NCBI RefSeq assembly: GCF_018350175.1
Contig: NC_058377.1
Coordinates: 100,316,001 to 100,380,000, forward strand
Direction: 5' to 3'
DNA: 64,000 nt
From: Felis catus
Lineage: Eukaryota
Shown here piece after piece: positions 24,130-36,488 of the stretch. A model generated the notes under the pieces. That model was given only the letters and a program-made list of their open reading frames with translations, did not search any database and was not told where the DNA came from. Both the position numbers and the translations under genes were made by a program. Each line of letters opens with the position of its first letter. Position 1 is the first letter of the stretch.

Positions 24130-25071
24130 ATGGGAAATAGTAACAATGTGACAGAATTTGTCCTCCTTGGCCTCACCCGGGATCCTGAAGGGCAAAAAGC
24201 ATTATTTGTCATGATTTTACTGACCTACATTGTGACAATAATGAGCAACCTGCTCATTGTGGTGACTGTTTTTGGCAGCCCCTCTCTGGGCTCCCCCATG
24301 TACTTCTTCCTCACCTATCTGTCACTCATGGATGTTGTTTATTCCACTGCCATCTCTCCCAAATTGATTATAGACTTACTCTGTGACAAAAAGACAATTT
24401 CCTTCCCAGCTTGCATGGGCCAGCTCTTCCTAGAACACTTGTTTGGGGGTTCTGAGGTCTTCCTCCTGATTGTGATGGCCTATGATCGCTATGTGGCCAT
24501 CTGTAGGCCGCTGCATTACTTGACTATCATGAATCGACAGGTTTGCATTCTGCTGTTGGTGGTGGCCTGGGTTGGAGGTCTTATGCACTCTATGGTTCAA
24601 CTTCTCTTTGTGTACAGCCTCCCGTTTTGTGGCCCCAATGTCATTGATCACTTCATCTGTGACATGTACCCATTACTGGAACTTGCCTGCACTGACACCT
24701 ACTTAATAGGCCTCACTGTTGTTGCCAATGGTGGAGCCATCTGCATGGTCATCTTTATCCTTCTGCTCATCTCGTATGGAGTCATTCTAAATTCTCTTAA
24801 AAGTCACAGTCCAGAAGGGAGGCGCAAAGCCCTGTCCACCTGCAGTTCCCACACCACAGTGGTTGTCCTCTTTTTTGTTCCCTGCATTTTCATGTATGTT
24901 AGACCTGTTTCCAACTTGTCCATTGATAAATCCATAACTCTGGTTTATACAGTTATCACTCCCATGTTAAATCCGTTAATATACACCTTGAGAAATTCGG
25001 AGATGAAAAATGCTATGGAAAAATTCTGGTGTAAAAATGTAACCAAAAGTAAAATAAGCATGTGTCACTGA
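24130..25071 (+). CDS. Olfactory receptor, family 4 subfamily A (OR4A5/OR4A16-like), intact, 313 aa
   Basis: Full ORF with [84 protein letters not shown] and YVRPVSN are typical of the OR4A5/A16 clade. Confidence 0.93.
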   Translation: MGNSNNVTEFVLLGLTRDPEGQKALFVMILLTYIVTIMSNLLIVVTVFGSPSLGSPMYFFLTYLSLMDVVYSTAISPKLIIDLLCDKKTISFPACMGQLFLEHLFGGSEVFLLIVMAYDRYVAICRPLHYLTIMNRQVCILLLVVAWVGGLMHSMVQLLFVYSLPFCGPNVIDHFICDMYPLLELACTDTYLIGLTVVANGGAICMVIFILLLISYGVILNSLKSHSPEGRRKALSTCSSHTTVVVLFFVPCIFMYVRPVSNLSIDKSITLVYTVITPMLNPLIYTLRNSEMKNAMEKFWCKNVTKSKISMCH

Positions 25072-25349
25072 CACTGAACACATTTATGGTTAATTCTGAA
25101 GCAACAAAAAGGTACTAAATTCTGACAATGGATTTAGTAAATTCAGTGGATTCTCTAGAGATGTTTCTCTTTATTTACACAAAGTCATCAAGAAGTGGAA
25201 TGGATTGTCTTTTGAGGTAATAATCAACCTAATAGGGAAATTCTGGAGGTTGAATAAAATTTGTCCCATTACAAGTAAAAATACAATTAATTTCACCTCG
25301 TAGCCTTATTTTTCTTGGTTTATATTGAAATGGAACTTCAGAAACAATA

Positions 25350-25568
25350 GTTTTTAAATTAAAAAAAATGTCTTTTTATTTTGAGAGAGAGGAGAAAGTG
25401 AGCATGAGTTGAGGAGGGGCAGATAGAGAGGGAGAGAGAAAATCCCCAGCAGGTTCTGCACTGCCAGCAAGGAGCCCAATGCAGAGCTTGAACCCATGAA
25501 CCATGAGACCATGACCTGAGCTGATATCAAGAGTCAGACGCTTAACCAACTGAACCATCTAGGCACCC
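25350..25568 (-). mobile_element. Older SINEC
   Basis: Head ...aaccatctaggcaccc; T tail. Confidence 0.9.
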
Positions 25569-25582
25569 GAAGAGTTTTAAAT

Positions 25583-25799
25583 TTTTAATTTTTTTTCAAC
25601 GTTTATTTATTTTTGGGACAGAGAGAGACAGGGCATGAACGGGGGAGGGGCAGAGAGAGAGGGAGACACAGAATTGGAAACAGGCTCCAGGCTCTGAGCC
25701 ATCAGCCCAGAGCCTGATGCAGGGCTCGAACTCACGGACCGCGAGATCGTGACCTGGCTGAAGTCGGACGCTTAACCGACTGCGCCACCCAGGCGCCCC
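25583..25799 (-). mobile_element. Young SINEC_Fc inserted next to the previous SINE
   Basis: Near consensus; TSD agttttaaa. Confidence 0.95.
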
Positions 25800-26910
25800 A
25801 AGTTTTAAAATTTTAAATGTGAAACAACGTACTTTTGAAAATTTACTTTCACCCAAACTAAAGAGAAAGTAATTTGGCTAATACTTAGAACAAATTACTG
25901 GGGCCAAAAGAGTGGTGTATAAATTTTAATGCTCATTATTCTATCAGCACAGAAACTTTCTGTAGCTGCAATATGCATCTTGTCCTTAAGATGATTTCCA
26001 TTCCTCAGGTCAATGCCTATGCTTTTGCAGTTCAGGACATTTAAATGGGAGATGTTATTGTGTTTGGTTAGATGCTATCAGTGAGAAATTTTGTTAAAAA
26101 TTTAACAAAGGGATGTTAAAAGGGATGTTGTATGTTTTTCCAGTTTGTTATGAGCCTGTATGGGGATGGTTGATGATGAAAACAGATTCTAGTTCCTAAT
26201 TTGAGCACAGAAAACCATACTAATTCAATTATAAATATATTTTATGCTTTTCCTCATTAGCTGTTATGTGCATTTTGTTGCCATTCTTCAACAAGAAGAT
26301 AGAACCTACTTTGTCTTCATGATACTAAAGATATGGGTAAAGATATGTTTTATTTTGCATAACAGTGTTTCCCCCAAAAGTTGTATTCAACTTAAGTATT
26401 TTGTCCTGATAGACCTAATAATGATTTACTTTGGAATAAACAAAATTTTGTTTTTCACTGTTATGTGTAAAAATCGACAACAGGTTTTTCTGTCTGCAGC
26501 CCATCCCTAAACACTGCAAACTAGGAAGAAAATGAACTTGCTTTCATTGTAACATGGAACATCATCATGCTTTGGAAGAGTTTTCTTTTCTAACTAAAAA
26601 AAGATTTTATAACTTTTCTTATTTTAAAATTTTATTATTTTTCACGCATATTGAATGATATATGCAATTTACTTTTACATGTGATAGCCTCTTAACCTTG
26701 AATGTGATCAATATCATTGAAACTACCTGTGCATACTTCCCTGATAGCATTCATCTGCCTCTTCCCAGAGGTAATCTTAATGCTGAATTTTGGATAATCA
26801 TAGTTAGAAACAGTTTAACTACATATGTATGTATCCTGAACATATATTGTATAGAGTTTCCTGCCTTTATTGAAATTATACTAAGTATTGCATAGTTTTC
26901 TGAATCTTAC

Positions 26911-27125
26911 TTTTTTTTTTCAACGTTTATTAATTTTTGGGACAGAGAGAGACAGAGCATGAACAGGGGAGGGGCAGAGAGAGAGAGGGAGACACAGAAT
27001 CGGAAACAGGCTCCAGGCTCTGAGCCATCAGCCCAGAGCCCGACGCGGGGCTCGAACCCACGGACTGCGAGATCGTGACCTGGCTGAAGTCGGATGCTCA
27101 ACCGACTGCACCACCCAGGCGCCCC
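26911..27125 (-). mobile_element. Young SINEC_Fc at the L1 poly-A end
   Basis: TSD tgaatctta. Confidence 0.95.
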
Positions 27126-27134
27126 TGAATCTTA

Positions 27135-29930
27135 ATTTTTTAATTTAAGTTTTTAATTTTAATTCCAGTATGGTTAACATACAGTGTTATATTAGTTTCA
27201 GGTGTATGAGATAGGGATTCACTATTTCTATACGTTACTCAGTGCTCATCATGAGAAGAGTACTCTTTAATCCCCATTACCTATTTCACCCATCCCTCCA
27301 TCCATTTCTCCTCTGGTAATCCATCAGTTTGTTCCTAAAGTTGAGTCTGTTTCTTGGTTTCTTTCTCTTTTTTCCTTTGCTCATTTCTTTTGTTTCTTAA
27401 ATTCCACATATGAGTGAAATTATATGGTATTTGTCTTTCTCTGACTTATTTCACTTAGCATTATACTCTCTGGATCCATCCATATTGTTGAAAATGGCAA
27501 GATTTCNNNNNNNNNNNNNNNNNNNNNNNNNNNNNNNNNNNNNNNNNNNNNNNNNNNNNNNNNNNNNNNNNNNNNNNNNNNNNNNNNNNNNNNNNNNNNN
27601 NNNNNNNNNNNNNNNNNNNNNNNNNNNNNNNNNNNNNNNNNNNNNNNNNNNNNNNNNNNNNNNNNNNNNNNNNNNNNNNNNNNNNNNNNNTTGTTTTAGC
27701 GTTTTTGTATTTTGGGGGTAAATACCCAGTAGTGTGATTACTGGATTATAGGGTAGTTCTATTTTTTAACATTTTGAGGAAAACATTTTGTTTGCCATAA
27801 TGGCTGCACAACTTTGCATTCCCACCAACAATGCATGAGGATTCCCATTTTACCACATCCTCACCAACACTTTTTGTTTTTGTGTTTCTGATTTTAGCCA
27901 TTCTGACAGGTGCAAGGTGGCATATCATTGTGGTTTTGACTTCTATTTCTCTGATATTGAGTGATGTTGAGCATCTTTTCATGTGTCTGTTAGTCATGTG
28001 GATATTTTCTTTGGAAAAATGTCTATACATGTCTTCTGCCCATGTTGTAACTGGGCTATTTGTTTTTTGGGTGTTGAGTTTGGTAAGTTCTTTATAGATT
28101 TTGCATACTAACCCTTTGTCAGGTATGTAATTTTCAAGTATCTTCTCCCATTCCATAGGTTGCCTTTTAGTTTTGTTGATTGTTTTCTTTAAAATCCCAA
28201 TAGTTCTTGTTTGCTTTTGTTTCCCCTGCCCTTGGTGACATGTCTAGTAAGGAGTTGTTGCGGCCGAGGTCAAAGAGGTTAGTTACTTCCTGTGTGTCCT
28301 CTACGATTTTGATGGTTTCTGTCTCACATTATGTCTTTCATCCATTTTGAATTTAGTTTTGTGCATGGTGTAAGAAAGTGGTCCAGCTTCATTTTTCTGC
28401 ATGTTGCAGTCAAGTTTTCCCAACACCATTTGTTGAAGACACTGTCCTTTTTCCATTAGATATTCTTTCCTGCTTTGTTGAAGATTTAGTTGACCATACA
28501 GTTGTGGGTCCATTTCTGGGTTTTTCATTCTGTTACATTGATATATGTGTCTATTTTTGTGACAGTACCATATTGTCTTGATGACTACAGCTTTATAATA
28601 TAGCTTGAATTCTGGAATTGTGATGCCTCCAGTTTTCTTTTTCTTTTTCAGGATTGTTTTGGCTCCTTGGGATCTTTTGTGGTTCCATAGAAATTTTAAG
28701 ATTATTTGTTCTAACTCTGCAAAAAATGCTGGTGGCACTTTGATAGGGGTTGCATTAAATATGTAGATTGCTTTGGGTAGTATAGACATTTTAACAATTG
28801 TTCTTCCAGTCCATGACCCTGGAATGCTTTTCTACTTTTTTTTTGTGTCCTCTTCGATTTATTTCATCAGAGTTCTATAATTTTCAGAGTATAGGTTTTT
28901 TTTTAATGTTTATTTATTTTGAGAGAGAGAAAGAGAGACAGAGAGAGAGAGAGAGACAGAGAGAGAGAGAGACAGAGAGAGAGAGAAGGCACTGGGGAGG
29001 GGATAGACAGAATCCCAAATAGGCTCCGTGTTGTCAGCACAGAGCCCAATGTGGGGGGAAGAAAAGCTCTCACTTTGAGTATGATGTTAACCTGGGTTTT
29101 TCACATATGGCCTTTATTATGTTGAGATATATTCCCTCTACACCTACTTTATTGAGGGTTCTTATCATGAATGGATATTGTACTTTATCAAATGCTTTTT
29201 CTACATCTATGGAAATGGTCATATGATTTTTATCTTCTCTACTGTTGATGTGATGTATCATATTAATTGATTTGTGAATATTGAACCACTCTTGCAACCC
29301 AGGAATAAATACCACTTGGTCATGGTGAATGACTTTTTAAAATGTATTGTGGATTTGGCTTGCTAATATTTTGTTGAAGATTTTTGCATCTATGTTCATC
29401 AGCCACATTGGCCTATAGTTCTCTTTTTTTTGTCTTTATCTGGTTTTGGTATGTCTTTATCTGGTTTTGGTATGCTGGCCCCATAGAACGAATTTGNNNN
29501 NNNNNNNNNNNNNNNNNNNNNNNNNNNNNNNNNNNNNNNNNNNNNNNNNNNNNNNNNNNNNNNNNNNNNNNNNNNNNNNNNNNNNNNNNNNNNNNNNNNN
29601 NNNNNNNNNNNNNNNNNNNNNNNNACTTTTGATTGTTGGGAGTTTTTTGATTACTGATTCAATTTCATTGCTGGTAATTGGTCTGTTCAAATTTTCTATT
29701 TCTTCCTGATTCAGTTTTGGGAGGTATTTTTTCATAGGAATGTATCCATTACTTTTATATTCTCTATAACCCTATGTATTTCTGTGGGGTTGGTTGTTAC
29801 TTATCCTCTTTGATTTCTGGTTTTGTTTGAGTTATCTCTCTCACCCATCCCCCCTTTTTTTGATGAGTGTGGTTAAATGTTTATCAATTCGAAGAATGTG
29901 CTCCTGGTTTTATTGATATTCTATTTTTTA
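27135..29930 (-). mobile_element. Carnivore L1 (partial ORF2 and 3' UTR), internally deleted, with two N gaps
   Basis: Peptides [65 protein letters not shown]. Confidence 0.93.
28895..29058 (-). mobile_element. Headless SINEC fragment inside L1
   Basis: Tail and (AG)n present; stops at gagcccaatgtgggg. Confidence 0.85.
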
Positions 29931-29949
29931 AATACAAATACACACACAC

Positions 29950-30180
29950 ACACAGAGGAAAGTATGGCCCATTCAAAGAAACAAAATAAAACAGCAGAAG
30001 TTGTCCCTATAAAGCTCTGATGACTGGACAAGGACTTTAACACACCATCTTAGAGATGTTCAAACAAGTAAAGGAAGGTATGGCAAAGCTCAAGGAAAGG
30101 AAACTAAGGAAAGAGTCAAGGCCAAATATCAAAAAAGAGACAGAAAACTTCCATATCAATAAACCTCAGTAAAGAAATAG
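29950..30180 (+). mobile_element. Old L1M ORF1-region fragment
   Basis: ggaaagtatggcccattcaaagaaacaaaataaa...gactggacaaggactttaa. Confidence 0.55.
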
Positions 30181-30189
30181 TATTTTTTT

Positions 30190-30362
30190 GGGGAGCCTGG
30201 TGGCTCAGACAGTTAAGCACCTGGCTCTTGGTTTGTCCCTGGTCATGACCACACAATTTTGTGAGTTCAAACCCCAGGTCTTCTTGGGATTCTGTCTCTC
30301 TGCTCCTTCCCCTGTCATGGGGCTCTATCTTTCTCAAACTAAATAAATAAACATAAAAAAGA
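30190..30362 (+). mobile_element. Degenerate SINEC
   Basis: ggggagcctggtggctcagacagttaagca head; aataaataaa tail. Confidence 0.85.
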
Positions 30363-30777
30363 AGTAATACACTTTTCAAATCATGTGTAGAGAGTTTCAA
30401 AGGACCTGACATTGTTATATAAAAGGCATCTGAATATCCAGTTTCAAATATTTCTAGATTTAGTTTCTATGGTTTTTTTTCTTATATTACTTTGTAATTG
30501 TCTCTTTCAAATTATATATCCATACCATCTATCTCTTATTCTTTTTAAGAAATATTCTCTTCTTTGGGGCAAAACTTCTCAGTTGGAATTTTATATGTGG
30601 GTTTTACCTCCTCTGAGTTAAATGGAAACTTTTAACATTGATTACCAATAATCTTGTGCCATTCTTATTAAGTATGTCTTTTTTATATAAAGACTTAAGA
30701 TTTTTACTTCACTCCAGTGTCTTCTTCAACTTGAGAATTTCAAATATATACTGATGAATTGAAAATAACAAATTGTT

Positions 30778-31165
30778 GGGGTGACTAGGTGGCTCAGTTA
30801 GTTGAGTGTCTGACTCTTGATTTCAGCTCAGGTCATGATCCCAGGTTGTGGGATTGAGCCCTGCCTTGGGTTCTGTGCTGAGCATGGAACCTGCTTAGGA
30901 TTCTCTCTCTCCCTATGCCCCTCTCCCTTACTCTACAATAAAAAAGGGGCACCTGGGTGGTTCAGTTGGTTGAGTGACTCTTGACATTGGCTCAGGTCAT
31001 GGTCTCATGGTTCATGGATTCAGGCCCCACATTGAGCTCTGAACTGATAGTGAGGAAGCCTGCTTGGGATTCTCTATGTCCCTCCACTGCTCATGCTCAC
31101 TCATGTGCTCTTTCAAAATAAATAAATAAACTTAAAAGAAATCAAATTAAATTAAAAAAATAAAG
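30778..31165 (+). mobile_element. Two head-to-tail SINEC copies (30778-30945 and 30946-31165)
   Basis: Two heads, ggggtgactaggtggctcag and ggggcacctgggtggttcag; the second begins in the A tail of the first. Confidence 0.9.
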
Positions 31166-32089
31166 AATTCTTGTTCATGCAATCTTGTATTTTTGGTATT
31201 AATAAGTGACGTGTTCCTTGCTTTTAGATTGCTGTTTTTTTCTACTTAATTCTCCTGAAGTGATTGGCTAGAAGCCTCTGAAAACATGGATCATGTAAAA
31301 GGTCTCAGTTCTCTAGAGCATGATTCCTCAGTGAGTTTAATTTTGAACAAGCAGCCTTGGGGACAAAATGTTTTAACAACTCCATGAAGTAATTTGTTGC
31401 TCATTGTTGATTAAGTGCCCAGTCATATCTTTCCTTACCTGGGAGAATATTTCTCTTTGGGGGGTAATGTTGCTGTCAAGATGTAAAAAAAAAAGCCATT
31501 ACTTTACTGGGCATGGGCCATATTAAACCAGTCATGCGAATGCTTTCAGAAATATTCCAAAGAATCCAAAACATCCACTGCATTATGGACTAAAAATGCT
31601 ATTAAAGGTTGATTCAATTAATTTGGTCAGTTAAACATAATGATGTTTTACATTTAATTTTTGATAGATAATCTCAATGGCGGCTTTCAAATTCAATGAT
31701 TCATCAATCATATCAACTATACATTCTTGAAGCCAACTCTGTATAATCCCATAATCCAAACTATTAAATGTCTGTGAAAGTTGAAGAAGATGGTCATGCT
31801 TTGTGCAGGCAGAGAAAGAGAAATCCTTATGTGACATGCATTTCGATGTCACTAAGTGCACCCTGACATTTTTTCTGTAGTCACATTGGGGTTGATGTGT
31901 TGGCAATCCTGACTCATTTTCATGCAACTAAGTGGTCATCTTTCAGGACCAAAGATAGAATTGCAGAAGCCTGGATTTGGAACAAGTGACCAAAGAGAAA
32001 AGAGAAAAGAGAAAACAGAAAACCCAGGTAATGTATATACCTTAAACATATACCTTATACATATACATATATACCTTATACGAGGGATC

Positions 32090-32370
32090 CTATAAAATAT
32101 TTTCCCTTTTATGTCTGGCTTATGGCACTTATCATGGTGTCTTCAATGAGTTTTATCCATGTTGTAGCATATCTCAGCATTTTTTCCTTTTTAAGGCTGA
32201 ATAATGTTCCATTATCTATATATACCATAATTTATTTATGCATTCATTAGTTGAAGGACATTTGGACTGTTTCCACTTTTAGGCTACTGTGTATAATGCT
32301 TCTATGAACATTGGTGTGCAAATGACAGTTTGAATCTCTGCTTCCTATTCTCGTGTGTATATACACCAAA
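32090..32370 (-). mobile_element. L1M(B)-type 3' fragment
   Basis: atccatgttgtagcat...tttaaggctgaataatgttccatt...ggacatttggactgtttccact. Confidence 0.8.
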
Positions 32371-33574
32371 TAACAGTTTGATATGTAAATTAATATCCCT
32401 TTAGTACAAAGGGAAACTCAGAACTTACAGTGTGAAAACTTGAGGTCATAGAAATTTAGTTACTTGTTAGATTCATTGACCTGTATGTGTACCTTATTAG
32501 AAAGCAAACTTTAGTGTCTGTGGAAATAGAATTCATGAGTTTTGTTAGATATGAGATGTATAGAATATTAAAGAAAATGCCACTATCTGTTTCTGCCTAT
32601 GGGTTAATTCCATGGATATTTTCTCATTTTTAGGATCTTAAAAATATTGTGAATAAAATTGACACATTGTATTATTCACCCAGTTGACCTCTTATTTATA
32701 AAAATAAGGCCCCTTTGATTAAATTTAGATTGAATGATACAATGCAAAGAGGAGACTGAAATGTTGAGAAAAACAGAGGCAAGGGCATTTGTACACAGTA
32801 AAGCAAATGGTAAGGAAAGGACAGCTTCTGTAATTGTGTATGAAAACTACCCAGTCAGTCCCTCCACCCCTCAGGGAATGCTCCCTTGGGTAATGGAGAA
32901 GACAGTGGACTTTGGGGAAACTCATCTAACACTAGTTCTAAGAGATGTGGCACTAAAATTACACAGGGAACCAAATAATGATAAATAATATCTTGAATTT
33001 ATTTAGTGCTTCTTAATTGTCAGGCAGTTTTTGGATAACTTTATTTGCATTATCATATTTAGTCTTTAAAACCATCATATGTGTTAGAAGCTGTTATGTT
33101 TCCTTATGCAGATTATGCTGAGTAATTTGCTCAAGATCGCACAGTTGCTAAGTATAGATTCTGAGGATTAAATTCCAAACCAGAATTTAGAACCTGAGTT
33201 CTCATAAAGTGCATCCAGGACCACCCCTGCAAAATTATAAAACAAAAGTCACAAAGATTATATGTGGGAGAGGCAATCCACCCTCTGTGATTGTTGTTAT
33301 TCTCTGTTGTCCCCAAAGTCAGCCACATTCAGGTTTTAGAGTAGCATTGTTACCTCACTATGAAGAAACTGACTTGCAAAATGTGTTATTTCTTTAAAGT
33401 ATATCTTTTTTAAAAATCTGATGAGTGTTTATTGGGACCTCAAAATGTTTGCTGCATAATTTTTATGGTCACTGCTCAATCATTAAAAAATGATGGCTTA
33501 TGTGGGGAATAGATTTTAGTAATCAGACAGTTAAATAGAAACATATGTTTCTAACCATTGGCTTGCTATCATGT

Positions 33575-33806
33575 TTCTTCTTCTTCTTTTGTTTAATGTT
33601 TTTTTTTTTTATTTTTGAGAGGTAGAGAGACAAATTGTGAGTTGGGGAGGGGGTGCAGAGAGAGAGAGAGAGAGAAGGAGACAAAGAATCTAAAGCAGGC
33701 TCCGGGCTCCGAGCTGTCAGCACAGAGCCTGATGCAGGGCTGGAACCCATGAACTATGACCTGAGCTGAAGTTGAACACCCAACTGACTGGGCCACCCAG
33801 GTGCCC
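33575..33806 (-). mobile_element. SINEC
   Basis: TSD tgctatcatgtttc / tgccatcatgtttc. Confidence 0.92.
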
Positions 33807-35546
33807 TGCCATCATGTTTCAAAAGGGTCTGGACTGTAGCTCAAAATTTCAGTCTATAATTTCCAATAGCTTGCTGATTTGAGAGTGTTTCCCAGTATTT
33901 TACAACTCGTGTGCCATATATGTGGTTTGTTTCTTCTGCCTTATGTTGTGGAATTTGGCATAGTGGAGATCTTCTTAATTTATCTTATTTTAATTCACAT
34001 TGTGGGACAGTTATTGATTTAAGGTTTTGGAGCACTCCTTAATTATTTATTTGTTGTCATTGAATGTGGTAAGAAATTTGAAGTATCTAACGAATGTTGG
34101 AAGCAGATATATTTATTTTTAATAAAATATTGTATAGGTAAAGTATAGAATTTTGTATCATTCTGAGTCAAATCACCATTTTTCAATAATCTAGAGTAAT
34201 AATTATGTTCATAAGCTCGTTTAAACAGTCAAATATTCATTGATCCCTTAAAATGCGTAAGGCACACATATGGATTCTGGTGATACCATTATTAAAAAGA
34301 TATGTGTCTATGTTCACTCTCCTGGCAGATCTAACAGATGTTGGGAGAAAACACAACTATAAACAAATGAGTGCTGTAAGTTCTCAACAGGACAAGGGGT
34401 TGGACCCTCCTACTGGAAGCTGTCTCTTGAATGCTCAGACAAACCCTATGAATTGTGAGTGTCATTATAAATGCAGACATAGCTTCATAATTGTGCGTGA
34501 AGATATTTAATTTTGTATGTATGCAATGAACTGCTGGGTGGAACCCCTTTAAGCATCTTGTCTCTTCTGATATATCTTCGGATATATCTTAAAGTTCAGA
34601 ATCTGGTTTTCTGGAAATATGAAAAGTCTGAGGGGTGAGTCCTGGTACTGATGCTGGGGGACCCTCCAGTCTAACTCCAGGTTGAAAACTCAGGAAATCT
34701 GAAATTCCTCTACTTCCAGTTCATTCAGTCCACCCAAATCAAAATTCATCAATTTGCAAGCATATTTCATTCAGCTTATGGTCTTTGCTGAGTGCTATCT
34801 GCATTTTTATGTTTTCTCTTATTTTCTCTCTTCTACATTTTTATTCTCCCTCTGATTTTGAGTACAAATTGGCTTGTTTAGCAGCAGAAAGAATAAAATA
34901 ATCTCCTTTCCTTCACAAATGATGGTCTACAAATGTACACATTATAATGGAGCACATTTCAAATAATTCTGCCAAAAAAAGTTGCACACAATACATGAAA
35001 AATTGGTTGTGGATCATATCTGAAAGGCCCAATGGATAATTCATTTTCCTCAAGTGAGAAAGAATGTCTTATATTCCACACAGACTCAGATAATCAAGAA
35101 CTAACAATGAACAAAACAGCTGGTCTAATCTACTCATTACTTTAATAATCATATAATCTTTAACATATGATAGTTCACCCTGATTATTAAAAAGATGGTC
35201 TACTGTCAAATGCTAGATAAAGTTTTCAATAACAAGAATTCAGGAACTCAGGAATCAGGAAAGACTGTAACCTTTCCAATAGAAACATGGGTTGGAACAT
35301 GATTTTCCCAAGATGACTGGGCAAAATCAAATAACATTTTTAGATTTTTAGTATAGAATTATTTCTACTATACCATGATTCTGCCTAAAATCTTTATGTT
35401 GGCATTCTAAATTGAGCTACGGTTAGCAATAATCAATTCTAAACAGTTTTGGAAAGTAGGAAAAATGTCTATGTAGTGCCCATTTACTTAAATTTGTACT
35501 ACCCATTTTCCTCCCCAATAACCTAGATTGTAGTAAATGTCCACTC

Positions 35547-35550
<4 letters not shown>

Positions 35551-35585
<35 letters not shown>

Positions 35586-35590
35586 GTGTA
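35551..35590. repeat. (TG)n microsatellite
   Basis: Seen directly. Confidence 0.95.
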
Positions 35591-35705
35591 TTTTCAAACA
35601 ACATGTCGCTCTTATTGTACTTTCTTGGGTGGGAAGAATTTAATATATTGATCTCAGTTGGTTTCTTACATGTTTAAAATTCAGCTAAAATAAATTTTAT
35701 ACACA

Positions 35706-35912
35706 TTTTATTTTATTATTAAAAATTTTTTATGTTTATTTTTGAGAGAGAGAGAGAGAGCCGGGCGGGGGGGAGGGCAGAGAGAGAAGGAGACCCAGAA
35801 TCCGAAACAGGCTCTAGGCTCCGAGCTGTCAGCACAAAGCCCTGTGAGTGGCTCGAACCTATGAACCTGAGCCACAGTCAGACACTCAACAAACTGAGCC
35901 ACCCAGGTGCCT
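35706..35912 (-). mobile_element. SINEC
   Basis: TSD ttatacacatttta / ttataaacatttta. Confidence 0.92.
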
Positions 35913-36447
35913 CTTATAAACATTTTAAAGGGCACTTATGCTATGTCTGGTTCTTTCATTGCTTCAGGTGACTTATTTTTTCAGTATTTGGAGCTCATAG
36001 TGAAGTAACTCAGAAAAGCAGTTATCTAAATGTCAGGTTATCAATTTATGCTCCACGTACTAGGTATTACATTGTAAATAAGCTATTAGAGATGAGATTG
36101 TTTTCATGGTGAACCTCAGAAGGCCAAAAAGAATTCAGGAAAAAAAAAAAAGAAATGACATATAATGCATATAATGTCAAAAAGTGCAGTCCTTGTGAAT
36201 TTCTAGAGAAAGCTTCTTCCTTGTTTGGTAGATCATGTCACAGATAGGCCCACTCACATGTACCTCCCAGGTAGAAAACTGGTCTCCTCATTGTAGTTGA
36301 TGCAAGGAACTTGTGGGTGGAGATTCTAAACTCTCATTTTCTAGAAAGTCACCCTGTGTGAGACCCTTTGGGGCAAACATTGTTGAGTCAACAATGTTAT
36401 GTCAACACTTAGTTTGTTGACATACAGCTTGTGATCCTCTCAAATTC

Positions 36448-36469
36448 ATTTTGGCCATTTTGTTTGCAG
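36448..36469 (+). promoter_or_regulatory. Likely splice acceptor of the OR4A15-like coding exon
   Basis: attttggccattttgtttgcAG just before the CDS. Confidence 0.55.
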
Positions 36470-36488
36470 CCTCTGAGGCCTGAGTTCA

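Noticed and set aside
29431-29472. 21-bp tandem duplication in L1, and small repeats at about 21860, 22908-22961, 32033-32080, 56335-56393 and 63131-63170
   Set aside because: Ordinary slippage repeats with no spacer structure; not CRISPR-like.
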